Shown piece after piece: positions 36,623-47,852 of a DNA stretch of 64,000 bases. Numbering within the stretch: position 1 is the stretch's first letter; the number at the start of each line of letters is the position of its first letter. Where the stretch lies: assembly GCF_964204645.1 (NCBI RefSeq), contig NC_134035.1:5022001-5086000 (forward strand). Reading direction: 5' to 3'. The stretch comes from Tubulanus polymorphus (taxonomy: Eukaryota; Animalia; Nemertea). The notes beneath the pieces were generated by a model, which had not been told where the DNA came from, searched no databases, and saw nothing but the letters and a program-made list of their open reading frames with translations. The translations under genes and the position numbers were made by a program.

Positions 36623-39621
36623 GAATAGTTGTAAAAATAAATTTTAGAAAAACCATTTATCTCTTTATTTTGTATTCATTTGGAGTTGTGTGTTACCCCA
36701 AAATTTGATGGCAAGTTTCGAAAAATTGTTCTTTTGAATTTTCCTCTTTAAGCTCCTCTCAAGATTGGTATGATCAGAGTATAGAGAATGATTCCCTAAA
36801 TGATTAGTCATTGGCCTGGACATTTTTTCGCATCATCATTATCATAGGTAGCATCGCTTTAGATGCTATGGTACGTTTATTCATCCTAGGAAAAGAACCC
36901 GCCAGTCAGCTCGGTTACCGTACAGTGCTGCCTTCATATGTTTCACAACCCGACTCCAGACGGTGCCAGTGGCCGTAGATTCGCGTAAACAATTCTGGAA
37001 TTCTGCTGGAAAATAGGATTAGCGGCTGGTAAGTAAGGCTTTAATTATTAATTGTTTTATACTGATTGTGATTTAGATGATTATTAGTGGAAGGTATTGC
37101 GTCATATCGTGTAATTAGATATGTTGGCTGATTCGGGCCATCCATAGCCAGCGTAAAATTCCGCCGGGGGTATGCAATGCAAACGCCAAAAACGTCCCAA
37201 TTTTCTCTGAAAGTCAGTTTTTGCGCGCCAAAACAAAGAATATTCCGTTATGGCGCCCCCGTCAAAATAAACTTTCATTTTGGCGCCCTCGCCAAAACAA
37301 CGAAAAATGTCGGACGCAAAAATTGACTTTTTTTCATTTCGCCTTTGGTGCAGTTATTTCCGTTCTGGCACCCCCGCCAAAACAAGCATTCAACCACAGT
37401 GAAATCATTTTTCAATTTCGCGCATTGATCCTGTGTTAAATTTGCATAAATTTGCCTATATAGAATTAGAGAAATTTTGACGTTTTTCGTTGCTTTGGCC
37501 GAAGCGCAAAAACGAATCTTCGTTTTGGTGGGGGCACCAAAATGAAAGTTCGTGTTGGCGGGGGCGCCAAAACTGAGTTATCTTGGTTTTGGCGGGGTCT
37601 GAATAAACTCAACAAAATAGAGGTCAAATTAGATGGACAAAAATCTCATTCATAGAGGGAGTGGGGATTACAAGGTCCGGTTTCACTAATCAAAAAGTTG
37701 AGATCAAAATTTTTTCTATATTGCTTTAGTTACCTCATTTTGCCAATGCGGACAACAATTAAAACCGATTGAAGCTGAAATTTGTTGTCTTATTGGGTCC
37801 AGGAGATGTCCATGATATAGTAAGAGATAAGTGGTGTGGTGATGATAGACAACTGAGACCCGAAATGTTTCATGAAGATTGAAGCGTCATTGCGACCACA
37901 GCCCGAGCTCGTATTCGAAGTTCAGGGGTGAACTGTAGCTTAGATCATCCGATATCCAAGGTATAAAAAGAATGTATATAGTACCTTGTAGGCTATATTG
38001 GATGATCTAAGCAACAGTTCACCCGCCAACATCAAATACGATCCCCTGTGATTGCGACAGGAGCAGCAAGTATTTCAATAGGCCTTGTACCTGGATATTA
38101 TTTTATGTGCCGAAATTGTTTTAGTGTCTGCATGATCAAAAATAAAACGAGGAAGAAGTCTCTAGTTGAATAAAAAAACCAGTGGGGCGTACTATATAAA
38201 AAACAATTTGCGCTTATTCTTAAAATCCTGGTTCTGTTGAAGATATCTCAATATCAACAATCGTCGGACAATGACTTCATTGAAAGTCTATAGAGAGATC
38301 GGCGGCCGATTTCATCGAAAAACTGGTTCTACGCGAATAACATAAGATATATGCGGCACAACGTTCTCTAAAGAAAGGACGATTTCCGCTGTAATATTTA
38401 CTGCGCGAAGATCCACGGTTAATTTGACTTATTAAGGTTTGTGTTGACTGTTGCTCGGGGTGTCTGTGTCTACGGAAATATCTGGCTTTAGGCGAAAGCG
38501 CTAGAAGCACCGCTGAAATCGTTAGATTTTGGAGCCTTTTTTTTCCACTGAGTGGAACACGATTACTGCTGGTTAGGCACCTTTACGAAATTTGCCATGG
38601 ATTATAGATTATGAAAGGATTATTTTAAATGCATATTTTAAGGTAGGCAGGTATTAGGCCGGAGCGGAGGAACTGTGCGTCTGTGAATTTCTTCTTATTC
38701 TTAGTACTTTCCTAAAACATTTCAATTCACAATTCCTATCCTTGTTGCCTCTTGTCATTAGAGAAATGACCGAGACCCTGACAGCTAGTGGTTATAGAAG
38801 TTTAATGCTCAATAATCTCATTCAGCGCGATTATTCTGTATAAAGTCAATAGATTCTGTATAAAACATTAAACCATGAGACCGAAATTGATAATAGACGG
38901 AATAATAGGGTCGGTCTGCGCTGCCTGGTTACTAGGGCAGTTACTAGGGCACTTATCGATTTGCGGTACAGCGTTAAGTAGTTCTCGTTCAAATAATCAG
39001 GATATTTTTCACCACAATCAATAACAATCGGGCATAGTTTGTGTTAACTTGTGGATTTTTCGCGTCGAAAAACTTGTGTCCACTTTTTGATTCGGGCGAC
39101 GCAATGATACCCTTGACATAACTATAGTAGTATTTCATATAAAGATACGAAGAGATGTAAGAGATCTGAAGAGAGTTGTGATGCTATCTTAGAAATTTGT
39201 TCCAAATATTAATATTGACTAAGGCCTTCCTGGAATTAATGCCAACTTTACCTTGAAATTCGTAACCTAGAACCCATCAGTTATACGTAGAAGTAAAGCT
39301 AGAAGAATTTAATTGATTTGTTTTTGCAAGGTTCTAGCAGAGAGCAATGGTTTCTTAAGTATGAAAGATAGTCGGGATAACAAAATGATTTCCATTTATA
39401 TCAATCATTACTCACTTATTACACTGGTGGCAATCTAATTACTGATATGAATAATGTATACCGAGCCAGTAATATTGTTAATTATTCTCTTGTGGATTTG
39501 TGTACATAATGGTAGATCAGTTGACCACAACATCGAAGGCAACCTGAAGTACGTGAGCCAGTTGAAAATTTCACCATCATCAAAATGTGTAAAAATTTCT
39601 TTCATCTCAATATATGATATG

Positions 39622-39966
39622 AGCCGCGATCACACGGAGACGATTCGGCCCGGACCAAATTGGCACCGACCAGGCTCCGGCCAAATTTGGCCCGTGCTTA
39701 ATTATAGAGAGCGCGTTCACACGCAAACCACTCACTCGATACTAAACAATGCTCAAACAAAGCAAAGTGGATCATTTCCGGTGCCAGTTGCAATTCAAAC
39801 GCAATCATTTGTCTGGTGCTAAAATTTGGCCGGGCCTGGTCCGACGTGTTTGGTCAGGCCAAATTTGGTCCGGGCCAAACAGGCTCGGGTCCATTTGGCA
39901 CCCGTGTGAACAGTTCTTCCGGGCCAAAATTTGGCGCGGGCCAAAAATGCTCGTGTGATCGCGGCT
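39622..39966. mobile_element. PIF/Harbinger-like MITE (AGCCGCGATCACACG TIR)
   Basis: TIR pair and CCAAATTTGG palindromes; copies at 44941-45266 and 60199-60493 (reverse). Confidence 0.8.
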
Positions 39967-40306
39967 ATAGTTTTGGATAAAGTAGTTTGAATCTGTTTTG
40001 TTGCACGAAATCCTGTAGTTTGGTAAACGATTTACTCGGTAGCTGACCACAGTTTGATGTGAGATAATTCCGTTGACCGCTTTCTTCTAATTCTTGAAAT
40101 TACGAAGTTCAAACAAACGTACGTGACGTGTATACACAACTGTATAGGTATATATATATATATATATATATATAGGTAAACATGTTTCTTGTTAAATTTG
40201 TTTGATAACGAGAAATTAGTTCGGACTTTCCAGTCATAACAAGTATTTGAGGTATTTGAATAGATCGGGTATTTAGATTAATAGTAAGTTCTAACGGATT
40301 TAGACT

Positions 40307-40700
40307 TGTCACGATAGACCGTCTGTAGACGAGGAAGAGAGAATTCCGCAATAATAATGAAAAACAGTCCGAAAATGTTATTGGAGCTAGCGTAGTTTAT
40401 TCGACTTTTCAACTATATTCTAATAGTCATCTTCAGTAATATTGAGTTACAACAGAAATTATGAAAATTTCATACTGGATTGTATATAAATATATTTGAT
40501 ATATCTATGTATAATTCAGAGACGAAGAGACTAATTTAAGTAGTCAAGAGATGATACAAACTAAAGAAAAATTAACGTAGAAACAGTTACGCGCTAAAAC
40601 AGATGTTTTTCATTCGTTTTTATCGTGGGATTCTCTTTACATTATCGTCACAACTCGTTTACAGTGTTTATTAAACATTAAATTAAATTAATCAATCGTG
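40307..40700. mobile_element. Older copy of the same Penelope-like/hammerhead family
   Basis: Shares GAGAATYCCRCAATRATAAT..GTCCGAAAATG..TAGTTTATT..TAATAGTCATCTTCAG with 28050-28150. Minus strand reads CTGAAGATGACTAT..ATAGTTGAAAAGTC. An inverted tail GTGGGATTCTCT..CAATCGTGAC follows at about 40625-40702. Confidence 0.6.
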
Positions 40701-40859
40701 ACCGTCGACAACTTTGACCGTATAGAACCGAAATGAATGTAGCCTGGTCTTACATCTAAGCCTTCGCAGTTCAAGTCATCCCCGGTCTTCGATTACATTT
40801 GGGTGACTTATTCGCGAATATTCCACATAGAAGCCCGTGCACAAAGACGTAACGTTTTA

Positions 40860-41215
40860 AGCCTAGCGCACATCGACACTGCGATTGGAGACAACTAGTT
40901 GCTACCGAACGATTACCCCGCGCACATCGAAATCTATACAACCGGTCAGTTGCAGCAACTGCATGGCGCGTGTCGATCGTCGAGATCCAGAGCGCGCACA
41001 TCGACGGATATGACTGCGATTGAGTACAACCAGTTGCTCAAAAGTAGAACATGGGCAACTGGCTGGAACTGGAGATAGATCGACGCTTACCAATCGTAAG
41101 CTCGCTCACATCGACACATTCAAGCAACTGATCGTATCCAGCCAGTTCCTCTCATGCGCTGAAAACTGCCTTGCAACTAGTTGTCTCCAATCGCAGTGTC
41201 GATGTGCGCTAGGCT
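40860..41215. mobile_element. PIF/Harbinger-like MITE with perfect TIR of about 43 bp
   Basis: TTA|AGCCTAGCGCACATCGACACTGCGATTGGAGACAACTAGTTGC ... exact inverse|TTA. Confidence 0.85.
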
Positions 41216-41644
41216 TTAGACCTCGGTAAAAGTTGGCTCGACAGCCAAATAGCTGAATTCAACGGTATGAAAATCATTCTCTCTCGTTCGAAGTTTAACC
41301 GCAAGGCGAAAACATGTTTTTGTGTTTCACTCGTCGGTTCATCGCTGGGTCTTTCTCCGATCAAAAACGAAAAACGAAAATTATAACGTCGTGAAGTAAG
41401 GATAAAAGATAAAATATGCCCGTTTGGTAGAGCGGATAATTTTGGATATTTTCACAAGCGTCGGGGTCGTCCGATAGTTTCACAAACAAGTTTCTTTTTT
41501 CTTCGAGGTTGTTTTTCTTTCCCCGACACAGGTTCCGTTTTGTCGATCAATTTTTCATAGCGCGACCTTTTCTTTTGTTCGAACGCGACGAAAACGACGA
41601 AAACGTATTCGTTAGTATTTTTCCGCTCTCAGGAACTCTTAGGT

Positions 41645-42635
41645 TTGATTTAGGTTTATTTATTTCGCTCTAACCAAACATTGGTACAAGAATTTGTACA
41701 ATAAAATTTATAATTTACAAAACTTAAAAACAAGAAAACAGAGATACACATAGAATAGAATGATAATAGAGATAACAGATAATATATTGTTATTTACAAG
41801 CATTAAGTAATTGTGACATTTTAAAAGTGTTGGGTCTATTTACATAAAAAGGTGTTAAGAAAACTCTTCGTATATTGTTTAGTTTGGAACACTCAAAGAG
41901 AAAATGGAATTCATCACCGATTTTGTTAAGACTACAATATGTACAAATACGTTCGTTTCTATCAATATTTACATTGCTGAGTTTGTTGGCATCTAATTTA
42001 CGGCTACCGATCCGAAATTCAGCGAGACTATACACGAGGTGGTTCGGTACAACGGATAAATAGTTTTCATAATCATTTTTAAGTTTAATGATTCTATAAT
42101 TTACGCATATGTCACTATTTTGCAATTTTTCCCTCCATGTCTGAATGTATCTATCTTTTAGAGATTGTTTTATGATGTTTATCGACCGTAGATCGATTAC
42201 CTGCTCTTGCCACACATAGTTCAGCCCACAGTTTTGTATAATTTCCTTAATTTGGCAAATCCAATCAGATACATATAAATCTTTTCTGTATAAGTCGTAC
42301 AAAATATCATACATTACTAGATTCAGCTTTGACTTGTTAGCATTCAAAGTTTTGTTCCAATATTTAATCATTCTAAGTTTAATAGTAGTCGATAAAGGTA
42401 ATCTGCCAGTCTCGCCATATATCATAGTATTATGGCAAAATTTCGTTACTTTTAGAACTAATTTACAAAACCTTGTGTGGACTTTTTCTAGTATATCGAT
42501 ATTTTCATGGCCCCATATTTCACACCCGTACAATAGAATTGGTGCCACACAACAATCAAATAACTTAAAAAGTATGTCTGGAGTAAGATTACATCTTCTG
42601 CCTTTTTGAATAATAGCAAACATTGCTCTTTCCGT
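41645..42635 (-). mobile_element. 5'-truncated non-LTR retrotransposon (RTEX-like), 3' end of ORF2
   Basis: ORF 42623-41790 reads KLFDCCVAPILLYGCEIWG..EKVHTRFCK..YGETGRLPL..CTYCSLNKIGDEFHFLFEC (post-RT region plus C-terminal CCHC), followed by an AT-rich 3' UTR and an AAATAAATAAACC tail. Confidence 0.85.
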
Positions 42636-42879
42636 CTATGCGCGACGCTATGAAGCATCTTAACGCGCGCGGTTGGGTAAATATTGTCCGGGAAATCCGA
42701 TTATGTCATCATCTGCCGAAAAAAGAAGCGAGTCTCTCGCAATTGGAGAAGTCAAATTATGACATGCTTTCAGAGATTTTTTCGGCTTTGCTTCGGTAAG
42801 GCTAAATAAAAATGATACCTCGTTTCTCAGCAGCGGCCGGGTCATTTTCATAAAATTTGATCGAATTTTTGATTAGTTC

Positions 42880-43055
42880 GGTGTGATTCAAGAATAGGGG
42901 ACCATAGCAATATATATATATGTAGTGATAGTAATCAAATAAGTAATAATAATAGTAATTGATAATGATGATATATAATGATAGTAATATATATAGTAAT
43001 TAATGAAGATAAGGAACTAAACCTAGCCACTAGTCCCCTATTCTTGAATCATACC
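42880..43055. mobile_element. MITE with 23-bp TIR and 8-bp TSD (Merlin/MuDR-like ends)
   Basis: ATTAGTTC|GGTGTGATTCAAGAATAGGGGAC ... GTCCCCTATTCTTGAATCATACC|ATTAGTTC. Confidence 0.85.
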
Positions 43056-44940
43056 ATTAGTTCATTTCTATAACTGCCGGGTCTGTTACGGAAAAATCTA
43101 TTACGATCAAAAAAAAAGTTATGTACAGGGTAGATAGACGGCTGGTCGAGTCAACTTTTAAGCTAAGCAGTAAGGAGAAACCAGGTATGAATTTTGTTAG
43201 CCTATATAGAACATAGAAATATCTTCGAATATATAGGTGTATGTCTGCACTAGAATTATGACTCATTTTATTATTAAAGACCCTTTACAATGATATAATA
43301 CACAGATGATATTTGTTTGTATACATGTGTAGGGCCTACACGAGTATATATGTTAATTTAGAATTTACTCTAATTGGCACCGGTTCAATTTATGATGAAA
43401 TATTGATATATCGCGAATCTGACTTTCCAGGATCTCTACGATATGCTATTGTATATTATTACCATTTGTTTAATTAGACAGCAATTTGATATGACAAAAG
43501 GTTGTGAGATGAAGTGAATTAAGTAGAGCATTTTGAAAGACAAATTTTGTTGAAATGTGCGATCGGCGAAATCCCAAATAGTTCCAAACGTTTAGCACTT
43601 CCAGAATACATTTGGCAACCCTAAAAGGGTAGGCCCTATTTCATATTTGTATCCATCCCAATTCCCAAATGTTAAATCAGTCATGCCAGTCCCTCCTACA
43701 CGTATTGATGTTGAATCCTGTGTTAAATATTTAGCTACAATATTTCTTATGGTCATCCATCCTTTTCTGGTCAACCAACTTTTCGCCTCCCTTAAAAGAT
43801 GAAAGAAAAAAGTTCTTTGCTTCGGTGAGGCTAAATAAAAGTGATACCTCGTTTCTCAGCAGCAGCTGCATTTTCATAAAATTTGATAGAATTTTTGATC
43901 AGTTCATTTCTATAACTGCCGGGTCTGTTATGGAAAAATTTATTACGATTAAAGATTCGCCTCCGTAAAAAATAATTAGTAGCCGGATATCGGGCGCACG
44001 CTTACACAATAGACAATAGAGCACTTGTTGGCAAATAATCAGAATCGTAATAGTAGGCAATAGATATATTGGCAAAGTCGTTCTGACCACGTGCCAAAAT
44101 TATCATTTCGAACAATAAACGCGTTATTTTTTCTCCACCTCATGATTTCCGGCGTTTGCAAAATCATTCGACTATGTCAAAACATTTACAGTGAAATAGA
44201 ATTGCGTATTAAAGCGTTCAACGCAATTTGTATATTCGATATCATTATAACACTGTGGAATACGACAGATACAAGTGGGAATATTTGTTTAGCTCGATGG
44301 ATTATTTAAAAGTTGGAACGAAGTAAGTTTGATATGTGTACTTCGTTGTCGTTTAAGCAGTGAAGGTTAAGCAGGGCTATATTTGGCGGGGGTCTGACAC
44401 CTAGTTCTCACATTATACTCATGATTCTGTATATAAAGACTATGTAAAGTTATGATAATCATTCTCATTCCGGGATGCAATAAAGATTGTACATATAAGG
44501 TTTTAAATGCCTTGTTGTTCCTGATGGAATCCTGTATCGCTGGTGTAAATGCTAGTTCCCCAGCCAGCCTGCCGATACAACAACCAGCCGGTTACAGCAG
44601 TTGCCCCCTCCTCCCAGAAATTTTGGTTCAGCGCCCTTTTTTGCAAATGATATTATTGTTATATCCTGTCGAACTGCAATTTTCAGGGTTTCTCTGCCCC
44701 CCTCCCAAGAAAAAATTCAAATGTTAGGTACGACCCTGTTTAGCATATTTTTCTCATAGATACAAGGTCAGCTTTTCTGTAGGCCGTTCGTGTTATGACA
44801 AATGTATTGAGAGATGACATTAGCTGCATTTCTGTAGCTCTATGTATATTTCGAGAACGACCACTAAAAGGGATATGTGTTTAGTCAGGAGTCATTCAGG
44901 GGCGAGTACTTGAATTCCTCCTGGAGGCAATGATGATAAA

Positions 44941-45266
44941 AGCCGCGATCACACGGAGACGATTCGGCCCGGGCCAAATTGGCACGGATCAGGCTTGGGC
45001 CAAATTTGGCCTGTGCCTAATTAGAGAACGCATTCACACGCAAACCATTCACTCGATACTAAACAATACTCAAACATAGCGAAGTGGAACATTTCTGGTG
45101 CCAGTTGCAATTCAAACGCAATCATTTGTCTGCTGCTAAAATTTGGTTGGGCCTGGTCCAACGTTTTTGGTCAGGCCAAATTTGGCCCGGGCCAAACAGG
45201 CTCGGGCCCATTTGGCACCCGTGTGAACAGTTGTTCCGGGCCAAAAATGCTCGTGTCATCGCAGCT
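44941..45266. mobile_element. Copy of AGCCGCGATCACACG MITE
   Basis: High similarity to 39622-39966. Confidence 0.8.
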
Positions 45267-45339
45267 AATGTGTCTTACCCATGGACACTACTGTGTGTAG
45301 TACCAAAAATACATGTATTTTGGTAGTACTGGAACCCAG

Positions 45340-45474
45340 GGGCCGGTTGTATAGTCATGGCTTAGACTTAAGACCAGTCTAAGACCAATTTCGTTCTATA
45401 GCCAATCTAACAACTTAAGACCGGTCTCAAGATTTAAGACTTTTGGACTTAAGTCTCGACTGTGCAACTGGCCC
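45340..45474. mobile_element. MITE family A copy
   Basis: Near-identical to 487-626. Confidence 0.8.
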
Positions 45475-47852
45475 CCGAACTCGAAACCTCTCACCCTATA
45501 TTTATACATACTCAGGTCCTAGTTTGGTTATTATAAACTGAGACAATGATATTTATTAAATCCGTTAATCTGTTAATCTGTGGTGGATTAGTGCCACCTG
45601 TTGGGATTATAAACATAGTGTTTGATATCCAATAGGGGATTAATATTAAATCTCTCTATTAAAACAATGCAGTACCACTACCCTGTACACCTGTTCTCTA
45701 TGTCCCCAGTGCATTTACCATAAAAAGCGCCTAAACTGCCTAATTTTGTCCAATCTATAATTGATTCCAATGAATTGAGATATATTTGAGATATTCTCCG
45801 AAATACCGATACTATCAGTCTGGACGACTGTCTGCTAACAGGCTATTTTATTGTCGATAGGTAAATATAGTATTTTTGTCAACTATTCTCTCTTTTCGTA
45901 GTCGCCGACTGTCTGCTGTTTTATTACCGATAATTACTGATAATTATTTGCTTGATATTTTCTGATTTCTTTTCTCGTGCTTTGGTTCTTCAATCTCGGA
46001 TAGATAAGACATTTCGAAATATTGAATTGTTATTTAGTTAGAAAATTCGTATTCTAATTTCCCCCTGGACTCGTGGAAATGAACGCATTATAGAACCGAA
46101 TTCGAACCGACGAAATCGGGTCCTGGCTCTTATCCATTTCTTTTTTATAGATCAATATTAGCTTCATAAGTAATATTTGACCTGTAAGTCTACATATATT
46201 CTCTCGTTCGATCGTGTTCCACATACCTGACGCACAATATCGAACGATCGATTTACCTATAAAAAGATGATCTAATTCTTACCGAAAAGGATTCTAAAAT
46301 TAGCAAATTTCTTTTGTGCGCGAGACTCGTGAATCCTGGCGGGTGATTTTCATTTCATTGTTTCTACCGTCGAGACGTTTAGAAGTTTTGCCGACCCTGG
46401 AATTATAGTTGTCTTTTCTCACAAAAGGCTTTTTTGAAAATCATTCATTTTTCAAAGATTGTTTCGGATTTTCTTAAGAAATTGCGCAGGATTCTATCGA
46501 ATTCAGATCATCGCGTGGAATGGTCTTGCGCGTAGAGGTATGACAAATTATTTTCATCTCAACGAATATATTCGAAATATTTATAGTTTGCGAGTCAAAA
46601 AACGAATAAAGTTATATCAAATTTTTGTTTAGAATTCTAAATCAGAATTTAGTTGAGGTAAACATGAGTTGAACGTTGAAAAATCAAAATCGTCAATAGC
46701 TTTGCATTTATTCATTTGCAATTTACCTTAACAAATTTCGTTAACACTTTATAAGTCTGTATAGTTCATATTTCAATAGACTTGTAATAGTTGACTGGTG
46801 TCTGTCGGTCTAACGGAACTCAATAGTTTATTTATTTATTTATTTACACGGCAGCTATGACAATGTCGTTTATTCGTCCCGTCTTTTGGTCGTATAATTG
46901 TGAAGACGGTTATTATTTCGCAATATGTACCCAAACCCCGGCGTACGCTATCATTCGAAATTGCCGCTTTTTCCCTACGTTCAGAATTTCAATACGGATT
47001 ATCCATACATCTCGGCTATGAACTCTTTGCGATTGTGTGAAAGGTATTTTTCTAGACGTTCTCTCTATTTTAATATCTGATTTATTTGAAACTCATTTTC
47101 TTTCATATTTGAATGAATTGTTACGGAAAGTAGTTGTAACGGATTCACTCTGTCGCTGATGGTAAATTTAGCCGTCGATTTTTCTTTTGATGTTTCGGTT
47201 TTTAGCCGCTTTATATTTTCGCGAAAACTTCTTTCGTAACTGAATTTTTATGTGTGACCGCACTAAGATGCACTCGCGGTGTTTTTACTGTGGGAATTCG
47301 TAAATTCGCTATTTTGTGGTTTTTCGACGACAACCCTTCGGTTAATTGGACAATACGTATGCGCAAAGGTATTAAATTATCAAAACGTTTTAAGTAGGCC
47401 CGGTATGTGGGAACTAGATAGTGTTCGTGGTCAACAGTTCTGGCAGTGTTTCTTATTAAAATGACTTCAAGCTAGCGACTTATATATGTCCAGTGTATTT
47501 GCATTAGAAGTCTTTAAGTGAGATTGAGAAGAAGAGATAGGATTAGTCTTGGCCGATTCTATACCCCTTAGTAGGTTATATGAATTGGAAAAAACTGTGA
47601 AAAGGCATTTGTATCTCCTTTGCTGCGTTTTTCTGAATTCTAGCCAGAGATATCGAACGTCCAATATTTCGAATCTAATTCAGTTTTTTCTTATGTTTGT
47701 TTTTCGGCAGGTTTTTGACCGGGAGTTGATTAGTTAGATACACAAGCCCGCAAACAGCGTCGACAACGATGAACGATAATGAAAACCGTTCGAATGAAGA
47801 AAAAATAGTCGACGATTAACGTAGAAAAGGAAACTATCGAAAAGAAACGACG

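Larger units (their letters stand above)
39454..46180 (+). pseudogene. Decayed Cys-loop (pentameric ligand-gated ion channel) receptor pseudogene
   Basis: Ordered remnants, most of them bounded by splice-like sites: signal peptide exon 39454-39548; 40019-40118 LVNDLLGS*PQFDVR*FR*P; 43478-43625 QQFDM..LKDKFC*N and LPEYIWQP*; 44060-44115 IDILAKSF/DHV.KLSFRT; 44215-44322; 44783-44880 ISCISVALCIFRERP; hydrophobic 45790-46040; 46109-46180 DEIGSWLLSISFL*INISF. Many stops and frameshifts. Confidence 0.5.

Noticed and set aside
36890-37028. AG...GTAAGT exon-like segment
   Set aside because: Stops in all three frames and no partner exons found.
39549-40050. ORF-track peptides rich in W/P/G (also at 45084 and 60085)
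   Set aside because: Translations of the AGCCGCGATCACACG MITE.
40019-40118. In-frame TGA codons as possible selenocysteine
   Set aside because: TAA/TAG stops and frameshifts occur in the same remnants and no SECIS is evident; decay is the simpler explanation.
43592-44097. Possible two-exon minus-strand mini-gene (MIILARGQNDF..|EAKSWLTRKGW..FWKC) with phase-compatible splice sites
   Set aside because: No recognisable family. It overlaps the + strand Cys-loop remnants and its putative intron is mostly MITE sequence, so it is probably a chance frame. RNA-seq would decide.
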